In this document: positions 26,601 to 33,429 of the stretch, piece by piece | Position numbering within the stretch: the stretch's first letter is position 1 | Layout: every line of letters begins with the position of its first letter | Virus record (IMG/VR): IMGVR_UViG_3300012940_000033 | Coordinates: 1 to 51,348 of that record | Source of the DNA: a virus | Taxonomy: Duplodnaviria; Caudoviricetes | DNA length: 51,348 bases | Strand: one strand, 5' to 3' | Notes under the pieces: generated by a model | What the model was told of the DNA's origin: nothing | The model's input: the letters and a program-made list of their open reading frames with translations, nothing else | The model's database searches: none | Made by a program: the position numbers and the translations under genes

Positions 26601-28562
26601 CGGGAGTTCGAGGGTTTCCGCGCCACGGCTTATAAAGACAATGACGGCAGATACCGCGTCGGATACGGCTCGGATACCGTGACCCTGGACGAGCGGACGA
26701 TCCAGAAGGTCACCCAGGCGACGACCGTATCGATGCAGGACGCCCTGCGTGACTTGGTACGGCGCATCGGCGAGTTCCAGGAGACCATCAAGACGCAGAT
26801 CGGCAGTGAGCGGTGGAGCGCGTTTACGCCCGAGCAGCAGGCAGCGCTCACGTCCATCGCATACAACTACGGGAGCTTGCCGAAGCGCATCATCGAAGCG
26901 GTCAGGACCGGCACTGGGGAACAGATTGCCGACGCTGTTCGCCGCCTGGCTGGCGACAACGGCGGAATCAACCGTCGCCGTCGTTTCACCGAGGCCGCTC
27001 TGTTCGAGCAGCCGAACGCAGCACTGGCCGCGAATACGCAAAAGCAGATCCAGTCGAAGGTCGATCAGACCCTGAAGGTTGTCACCGACCTCAACAAGCA
27101 GATCACGCAGATCGGGCTCACCGAACGCGAGAAGTACATCCGCGATGCCCTGGAACGAGCCGGCATCAGCGCGGCGGTCAAGGCCGTGGAAGGCATGCTC
27201 GAACGCGGCAACATCGACCTGACCAAGCGCCCGCAAGTCCGCAACGAGGACGGCACGATAAGCACCGTTCGCTCGATCTCCGTCGAAGTGGATGGCAAGG
27301 TCGCGCTGGTCCCGACCGTCAGCGACGATGGCCGGATCATGTCGGACGAAGAGGCCATCCGGCAGTTCCAGCAGACCGGGAAGCACCTGGGCATCTTTAA
27401 TTCCGAAGAGGCCGCTGAGAAGTTTGCCGAAGAGCTGCACAAGCAGCAGGAGCGCTTCTATTCCGACGAAGCGCAGCGGCTCGCCAAGCTGGCCGGCGAG
27501 GCATTCGACGCGCAGGCTGCCGAGAAGGCCCGGATCAAGATCAACGAGTTGCAAGCTCAGTTGTCTGAGGGCCGAAAGGCAATCTCGCGCGAAGAGTACA
27601 TTGCGAATGAGGCTCGCAAGGAAGGCATCGACCTACTCAGCGAGCAGGGCAAGAAGTACGCCGAGCTGAAAGGCCAGTTGTTTGACCGCGAGCAAGCCGA
27701 GAAGCGGGTCAATGACTTGATGGCTCTGCGCCGTGAGATTCAGCAACAGATCGAGTTCAACCGCGATCAGGGCAACTTCGATGCGGCGTCCGCGTTGCAA
27801 TCGCAGCTTAACGACGTGAACGACAGGCTGCGCGAGGCGATTCAGTCTGCCATTGAGTTCTGGCAAAGCATCGGCGGTCCGATGGCCGATATCGCCATCG
27901 CCAGGCTGGAAAACCTCGGAAACTCTATCCAGAACCTCAGCGAAAGGACCATCCAGGCCAAAACGATCAACGATCAGTTCGCAAGCGGCGCCGCGAATGC
28001 GTTCGCTACGGCCGGCGACGCGATTGGCGCGTTCATCGAAGGCAGCAAGAGCGCGTCTGAGGTGTTCGAGGATATCCGCGATGCCTTCCTGAAGTTCGCC
28101 GCTGACTTCTTGCGCCAGATCGCGCAGATGATCATTCAGCAAATGATCTTCAACCTGATCAGCGGCGGGGCTACTGGTTCGGGCGGTATCGGCAGTTGGA
28201 TCGCCGGCGGCATCAACAGCCTGATCAGGCACGACGGCGGCCTGGTCGGGGCCGGCGGGCCGATGCGGTTCGTCAGCCCTGGTCTGTTTGCTAGCGCCGT
28301 GCGCTATCATACTGGCGGCATCGCGGGCCTGGCCCCGAACGAAGTGCCGGCCATCTTGGAGCGCGGCGAAGAGGTTCTGACCAGGGATGATCCGCGACAT
28401 GTCGCCAATGGCGGCGGCGCGGTCAACGTGAAGGTGGTGAACGCCATCGACGCGGGCGACTTCGTGAGCCAGGGCATGAATACCGATGTCGGGCAAGAAG
28501 CAATACTCAACTACATCCGGTCCAATTCGAGCGCCGTGAGGGCCGCTCTCGGACAGGCATGA
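23616..28562 (+). CDS. Tape measure protein with embedded lysozyme-like domain
   Basis: 1648 aa, Ala-rich and helical; QMMSKGTISAEELRQQLGE tape-measure motif; FEGFRATAYKD...GYG lysozyme motif; C-terminal YHTGG..GLAPNEVPAILERGEEVL. Confidence 0.92.
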   Translation: MATRKGDVDLVIRARNEASKALDGINKALADLVGIQNDVSASSKKTGDALSDFSRLATTVGNAFNKINSDADRAAATFERQEKALAENQAAYQSILTQMEAAVRAQARLRAESQKEGADKKELAAQLKLVETAYKSLSSQANRLSETINRQERDLRASYYALQDLRVGAEQAANALDKVREAEQRAGDAAAAAAAKQQQAAQAVARRSSLELRRSMQEAAGSAQTGWREAQTAIRDLATEISRVGVPTSQMVADMTRLQQVARANKQAYTELQVAIEQYTRVLRTQGASQQDIAAAQERARAALAGSRNMMVELASVTQRNATATREFGEASNRAAGGATNLDRALVSLFANSRRSLSLYQRMRGEVLSLISTYVGLYAAIEGVNRIIQASMDMQAVESRLNVVTGGDAQATAREMQWIRSESERLGFSMKSLANEWSKFAVAAQASNFSMDETRRIFTAVSEAGRVLKLNSQQVERSFVAITQMMSKGTISAEELRQQLGEHIPGAFALMAEAAGVSGAELSKMMERGELTTEYLLKFADVLEKRFGGQLSKALETTQAEMGRFETALTIALNKIADSGVIDEFTAALRELTELLKRPEAEVYFERIGAAIGGVIKFLMSLLKNMDMIISALVLLGSAKAASYIMQLGAAFATTVTAAGGAGAAVRGLGAAVLGLRAGIPAVTALSAGFGGLGAAMSALAGPVGILVGALAAGFTFLATRVSEADVALKRVEQNVNKITQAYNNGTSSAKEWVEALKGMSELEMAADLKRLRQKLQGELEQIVQPFGRAFMSRVERSDSPLKPVYQEIQRLVEEARKGNIPLNEFRERLDNIGKEHPELAKVATSLIQMAGSAVETEEAVRKLEAAIRLKNGAATEADRKLLGLASAMDESSTAATRGADALGKYTKAMENMAKMIPELKRQLEFEENVEKLRKELQDAFDGATGKENEEELKRAAMDRAATIMAGVKRAFDEALINDLKPKRGDALYQSVQLLREFEGFRATAYKDNDGRYRVGYGSDTVTLDERTIQKVTQATTVSMQDALRDLVRRIGEFQETIKTQIGSERWSAFTPEQQAALTSIAYNYGSLPKRIIEAVRTGTGEQIADAVRRLAGDNGGINRRRRFTEAALFEQPNAALAANTQKQIQSKVDQTLKVVTDLNKQITQIGLTEREKYIRDALERAGISAAVKAVEGMLERGNIDLTKRPQVRNEDGTISTVRSISVEVDGKVALVPTVSDDGRIMSDEEAIRQFQQTGKHLGIFNSEEAAEKFAEELHKQQERFYSDEAQRLAKLAGEAFDAQAAEKARIKINELQAQLSEGRKAISREEYIANEARKEGIDLLSEQGKKYAELKGQLFDREQAEKRVNDLMALRREIQQQIEFNRDQGNFDAASALQSQLNDVNDRLREAIQSAIEFWQSIGGPMADIAIARLENLGNSIQNLSERTIQAKTINDQFASGAANAFATAGDAIGAFIEGSKSASEVFEDIRDAFLKFAADFLRQIAQMIIQQMIFNLISGGATGSGGIGSWIAGGINSLIRHDGGLVGAGGPMRFVSPGLFASAVRYHTGGIAGLAPNEVPAILERGEEVLTRDDPRHVANGGGAVNVKVVNAIDAGDFVSQGMNTDVGQEAILNYIRSNSSAVRAALGQA

Positions 28563-28573
28563 GGGGTGCATAG

Positions 28574-29545
28574 ATGGCGTATGAAATAGGCACAGCGACG
28601 GACTACGCGGACCTGTATGACAGGTTTGTCTCGTTCTTGACTACGAACAGCGATCTCGTGGCTGACGGCCAGGAGTGGGAGATCGCTTGGACCGGCAGCG
28701 GGCGTATGCCGGCCATGCCCGAGGACGTTGTTCTGAAGGGGTCCGGCATGGCGGGCTCCGATGAGATCTTCGTCGGATTGCGGCGGATTCCGTTGCCGGC
28801 GAGTGACCGTTACGCATGGGAACTTCTTGGCGTGGTCGGACTGAACCCGGCCGCCAATACCTACGACGAGCATACCAATACGTCTTCCGGTGTGACGATG
28901 CACTTCGGCGATTTTGCGATGCCGTACTGGTTCATCGCGAACGGCCGTCGTTTCATCATCATTGTGCGCGTGAGCACGACGTACCAGGTCGGCTATGGCG
29001 GATTCATCATGCCTTACGCCCCGCCGAACATCTGGTCTTACCCGCTCGCGGTTGGTGGCACGGCAGCGGATTCCAGCCTTCGCTGGTCGGATGTGACGAA
29101 CGCCATGATGCACTTCGCGGACCCCGGCACGAGTGCGAACCTGAAAATCTTTCGATACGACAACACGTGGGCGAACGTTCAAAATTGGTCTACTTCCGGG
29201 CGGCGCGAGGAGCAGAACTGCACGGTCGCACCATGGAACCCAGGCTCGTGTCCGAAATTCCAATTGGACGAAAACGTCTCATCCTCGATGTCATCGTACC
29301 GAAAGACGTTCTTTCAGAAAATCCAGACCACGTTTGACGGCAAATACGTGCTTACGCCTGCCACCATCTGTCAGAGATCCCCTGCGAACGCACAGCTCGG
29401 CGTGCTAGAAGGCGTGTACCACGTTCCTGGATTTAACATGAGCGCCGAGACGATCCTGGAATACGACGGGATCGAATACCTTTGCATTCCGAACATCAAC
29501 CGCCTGGGCAACGACTTCTTCGCTGCCTACGCGCTCAACGGCTGA
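28574..29545 (+). CDS. Virion structural (tail) protein
   Basis: GAGG RBS; MAYEIGTA and YPLAVGG; first gene after the tape measure. Confidence 0.65.
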   Translation: MAYEIGTATDYADLYDRFVSFLTTNSDLVADGQEWEIAWTGSGRMPAMPEDVVLKGSGMAGSDEIFVGLRRIPLPASDRYAWELLGVVGLNPAANTYDEHTNTSSGVTMHFGDFAMPYWFIANGRRFIIIVRVSTTYQVGYGGFIMPYAPPNIWSYPLAVGGTAADSSLRWSDVTNAMMHFADPGTSANLKIFRYDNTWANVQNWSTSGRREEQNCTVAPWNPGSCPKFQLDENVSSSMSSYRKTFFQKIQTTFDGKYVLTPATICQRSPANAQLGVLEGVYHVPGFNMSAETILEYDGIEYLCIPNINRLGNDFFAAYALNG

Positions 29546-29551
29546 TCGATT

Positions 29552-30481
29552 ATGGCTTACGCATCCTATAACGTATCCAACGCGCAAGAGATCGTCGAGG
29601 CTATGGTTGAATTCGCCAACGATCTCGCTGGGTGGACCGCCAGCTTGTCCGGCTCGGTCGCGACTTTGACCGCGCCCGGGAAGGTCCGCAGTTTCACCGC
29701 GACGGCCGCTGGTAGCGGCCTTGTCACCTCTATTACGCTCGGTCTCACCGGCGGCACGACGCCGACTGGCTATGAGCCGTCGGTTACTATCTTCCAGCCT
29801 GTCACATCCGGCTTGCTTCAACCAGGCGGCGGGCCGCCGTCCAGGGTTGAGTTCTTCGGCAGGTCTGATGCAGAGCCGTTCATCGTGGCTGCGGTTGAAT
29901 GCTATCCCGGCTCCTACAAGCATCTTTATGTGGGCTATTTGGAAAAGCTCGGCGTCTTCGACGGCGGTGAGATTGTTGCCGGATGTCGAGATTCCAATGA
30001 CATCGACTTAGCCCACTATTACGAAGATTACACCGGCTACGCTACGCCTTCGTTATTCGAGTACCCTACGCCCATAGGTATCCGGATTACTAACAACTGC
30101 GGAGGTATTAATTTGAACGGGGAGTGGGGGCGTTTTCTCCGTAATACTTCGACGCAGCGATTCATCGAAGGCGGTCCCCGCAGTCGGGCTATGTTGGCTC
30201 CGCTTACAGCAGTGAACGCATTCAGCGGGTACAGCCCGTTCAACCCGATCCAATTGTTCTACGGCAGCCAGTCGCAAACGGACGATTATTGGATACCAAT
30301 CGGAACGCCCGCTGGCGTTCGCGCAGCGTCCTTGCAGAACTTCGCCCCTGGCCAGCTCGTGACCCTCCCGGATGGATCCGAATGGCGCGTATACCCTTGC
30401 CGAAGGAAAGGTCCGAATACGACCACCGGTAATGTCGAAACGTCCGGCATCTATGGCTACGCATTCTTGGTGAATGATTGA
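29552..30481 (+). CDS. Virion structural (tail) protein
   Basis: Synteny; YKHLYVG.LEKLG and C-terminal SGIYGYAF. Confidence 0.6.
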   Translation: MAYASYNVSNAQEIVEAMVEFANDLAGWTASLSGSVATLTAPGKVRSFTATAAGSGLVTSITLGLTGGTTPTGYEPSVTIFQPVTSGLLQPGGGPPSRVEFFGRSDAEPFIVAAVECYPGSYKHLYVGYLEKLGVFDGGEIVAGCRDSNDIDLAHYYEDYTGYATPSLFEYPTPIGIRITNNCGGINLNGEWGRFLRNTSTQRFIEGGPRSRAMLAPLTAVNAFSGYSPFNPIQLFYGSQSQTDDYWIPIGTPAGVRAASLQNFAPGQLVTLPDGSEWRVYPCRRKGPNTTTGNVETSGIYGYAFLVND

Positions 30482-30482
30482 A

Positions 30483-32171
30483 ATGGCAGATACCGCCATC
30501 GCATTGCCGATGTCCCCCATCGGCCTGACGACCAGTTTGAGCCAGTCCGTGTATGAGCGCACGGATACGTTTTGGCGCGTGAACCGGGCCATGTTTACGG
30601 ATAAAGCCGCACCTGGCGACCCGGACCCCATCGTGCCTACCGTCGTTCCGAACTACGGAGACGCTCTCTTGGCCGGTACGTACAAGGAGCATTTTTACGA
30701 CAACATCTTCCTCATCCCGCAGGGCATCGACTTCGGCGCCGTGGTCGCCGAGACGACGAGGACGTTCTTTATCTGGAATGCATACCTGCGTCCTGTCACT
30801 CTGGAAGACATTCAGGTTATCGGCGACCAGGGCCTAACGCTAACGAACCCGACGCCGCCCACTTCGACGTACCTGCCTCTGCAATTCACGCTCTTCACGT
30901 TAACGGCAGACCCGAATGGGCCGGCTGCCATCGACGCCACGTATGACTTCGTGTTCGACGTGCGCACGATGCGCCTGAAGGTCGGCGGCATTCGGTCCGA
31001 ACTGTGGAGTCTGCTGCCTAGCTGGGACGGTGGATACAGGGTTTCCTACGAGTTTAAGACGGAGATAATCACCAGTCGATCCGGCTCCGAACAGCGCCGA
31101 GCCCTTCGCATAACCCCGCGCAAGTCAGTCGAGTTCAGCGTGACGGCTACGAATGACAAAGCCTGGCGCTTACGGGCCACGATGGACGCCTGGCAGGACA
31201 AAGGCTTCGTGATGCCGGAACTGACGCGCTCGGTTACCTGCCTTTCGACTATGCAGGCGGGAGACCGCCTTGTCCTTGTCGATTCAGTGCCCGACTGGTT
31301 GAAGGTTGGCGCTTACGCCGTCCTGCGATCTGGCGACCGCCACGGCATGCGCATCGTCGAGTCGATAGACGGAACGGAAGTGACTTTCACGTCTGGTGGT
31401 TCCGACGTGTGGCCTGAAGGCACGCTGATACATCCCGGCTTACCTGGTCGCGTCGAAACCGAGCAGGCGACGACAAACCTGACAAGCCAGGTCACGCAAT
31501 TCTCGTTCAAATACAACGTCACGCCGACCAGTGAGCAGAACCTGAATGACGGCACGCCGTTTGCGAGCTACAACGGCCGTGAGTTATTCATGCGCAAGCC
31601 GAACTGGGCGAATTCCCCGTCTGTCACGTTCAGAGGGGATATGGAAGTCATCGATTACGGCCGCGGGAAGGCTGACTTCTACAGCATGTATGACTTCCGC
31701 CATCGCGTCGTCCAGGCTACCTTTTTGTCTCGCAATCGCGCCGAAGCGACCGAGATCGAGCGATTCTTCCGACGCATGAAAGGGCGCCAGCGCACTTTCT
31801 ACATGCCGACGTGGCAGCCTGACATCGTGCCGAAATCGCAGATTGTCAGCGGCAGTCGCTTCATCAACGTCCAAGGTGTTGACCTCGCGCGGCTGTACGA
31901 AGGCAGTCAGGTATTCAAGCACATCATCGTTATCTTGGCGGACGGCACCAGCATCATCCGGCCAGTAGCGGCGCTGACGGTATCCGGCGAGGATACAATC
32001 GTCGATGTTGGCACGGAGTGGTCGCACAGCATCCCGCTTTCCGAGATCACGATGATCTCCTGGTTGTTGCCATGCCGCTTCGCTTCAGACATCCTGACAA
32101 TCGAGTGGCTGAGTGATGAAGTAGCTCAGTACCGTGTCAGCATGCAGACCCGGCCGGATATTGAGACATGA
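30483..32171 (+). CDS. Minor tail protein (distal-tail-like)
   Basis: YEFKTEIITSRSGSEQRRALR..PR, GRQRTFYMPTW and RFASD; start 30474 or 30483. Confidence 0.7.
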   Translation: MADTAIALPMSPIGLTTSLSQSVYERTDTFWRVNRAMFTDKAAPGDPDPIVPTVVPNYGDALLAGTYKEHFYDNIFLIPQGIDFGAVVAETTRTFFIWNAYLRPVTLEDIQVIGDQGLTLTNPTPPTSTYLPLQFTLFTLTADPNGPAAIDATYDFVFDVRTMRLKVGGIRSELWSLLPSWDGGYRVSYEFKTEIITSRSGSEQRRALRITPRKSVEFSVTATNDKAWRLRATMDAWQDKGFVMPELTRSVTCLSTMQAGDRLVLVDSVPDWLKVGAYAVLRSGDRHGMRIVESIDGTEVTFTSGGSDVWPEGTLIHPGLPGRVETEQATTNLTSQVTQFSFKYNVTPTSEQNLNDGTPFASYNGRELFMRKPNWANSPSVTFRGDMEVIDYGRGKADFYSMYDFRHRVVQATFLSRNRAEATEIERFFRRMKGRQRTFYMPTWQPDIVPKSQIVSGSRFINVQGVDLARLYEGSQVFKHIIVILADGTSIIRPVAALTVSGEDTIVDVGTEWSHSIPLSEITMISWLLPCRFASDILTIEWLSDEVAQYRVSMQTRPDIET

Positions 32172-32989
32172 GCTTTGCCACCTACGAAACCAGCGTCGAG
32201 CGCGGCCAGCCCGTCGAACTGTACATATTCAGGTACGGCGCCGCTTCTGAGCAATATTACGCATACACGGACGGCGAGGTTGAAATCCAAGTCGGCGCGA
32301 TCACCTACACGCCAATTCCTATCAAGCGCGGACCGATCACCATCACCGGTACCCTCGACAAGGCCGCGCTTACGATCAACATGCCCGGCTCTGGCGACGT
32401 ACCTGAGTTGTTTCGCGTCTACGCCCCGTCCTCGGTGGTCACCGTCGAAATCCGACAAGGGCATGTAAACGACGCAGACAAGGACTTCCGGCTGATATGG
32501 TCGGGCCGCGTCCTCAATTGCCGCTGGACGAACCGCGAGGCGGCGCTGACGTGCGAGCCGATCACCACTTCGCTCAAGCGCCCAGGGCTGCGCCGAAACT
32601 ATCAGTATGGCTGCCCTCACGTACTCTACGACCCGCGCACTTGCCGGGCAAACAAGGCCGCTGCGACCGTCGCCGCCACCGTTCAAGTGATCAACGGCAC
32701 CCTCGTAACCTTGTCTGTGACAGGCGCATACGAGCACGAGGGTGGTATGGTCGAGTGGACACAGCCGAACGGCCGTCAGGAAGTCCGTACCATCATTAAG
32801 GTTGTCGGCGGGTCATACCTTCTTTCAGGCGTGCCGACCGGAATGTCCGCCGGCATGACGGTCAACCTGGTGCGCGGATGCGACCATTCGATGACGGGAT
32901 GCGCAAGTCACAGTAACATCCTGAATTACGGCGGGATGCCTTGGATCCCCCTCAAAAACCCGATGTCGAACAGCAGTCCCTTCAAGTAA
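32168..32989 (+). CDS. Tail tip protein, DUF2163/BR0599 (gpL-like, Cys cluster)
   Basis: CPHVLY...C and GCDHSMTGC...NYGG.PWIP..NP. Confidence 0.8.
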   Translation: MSFATYETSVERGQPVELYIFRYGAASEQYYAYTDGEVEIQVGAITYTPIPIKRGPITITGTLDKAALTINMPGSGDVPELFRVYAPSSVVTVEIRQGHVNDADKDFRLIWSGRVLNCRWTNREAALTCEPITTSLKRPGLRRNYQYGCPHVLYDPRTCRANKAAATVAATVQVINGTLVTLSVTGAYEHEGGMVEWTQPNGRQEVRTIIKVVGGSYLLSGVPTGMSAGMTVNLVRGCDHSMTGCASHSNILNYGGMPWIPLKNPMSNSSPFK

Positions 32990-32992
32990 GCC

Positions 32993-33217
32993 ATGGACTT
33001 TTTAACTGCATTCGTTGTCGCGCTGGCTTTGCAGGTGATCGCATACCTGATTTCCCCGAAGCCGAAGCAACCATCCGCCGCGACCCGTGATATCGAATAC
33101 CCGACCGCCGAAGCTGGCCGCCCGATCCCCTACGTATGGGGCAAGGTGACCATCAAGAGTTCAAACATCCTCTGGTACGGCGAGAAGGACATCTACAAGT
33201 TCAAGGTGGACGCATGA
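32993..33217 (+). CDS. Small tail assembly protein
   Basis: Hydrophobic N-terminus, then PTAEAGRPIPYVWG and NILWYG. Confidence 0.7.
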   Translation: MDFLTAFVVALALQVIAYLISPKPKQPSAATRDIEYPTAEAGRPIPYVWGKVTIKSSNILWYGEKDIYKFKVDA

Positions 33218-33429
33218 GCGACGATTTCACCGTGACCATCGACGACGTGCGCGGCGCCGGCCATTGTGTGCGCGGCGCCAAGCAATGGTTCGAACGTTAC
33301 AAGCTGGACTTCCGCGCCTTCCTGGATGAAGGGATACCCGCTTCGAAGCTGCTCGCGACTGGCGATGCCTACGGTATCCAAGTCGTCGAGGTTGCTCGCC
33401 GTCGAGTAGGAGATGGCGATGGGCGGTAA
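33214..33429 (+). CDS. Small tail assembly protein
   Basis: CVRGAKQWF...LDFRAFLDEGI; ATGA-coupled start at 33214. Confidence 0.7.
   Translation: MSDDFTVTIDDVRGAGHCVRGAKQWFERYKLDFRAFLDEGIPASKLLATGDAYGIQVVEVARRRVGDGDGR

Noticed and set aside
32168-32989. FAD/FMN dehydrogenase label often given to this family
   Set aside because: No Rossmann motif; the Cys pattern and position indicate a tail tip protein.
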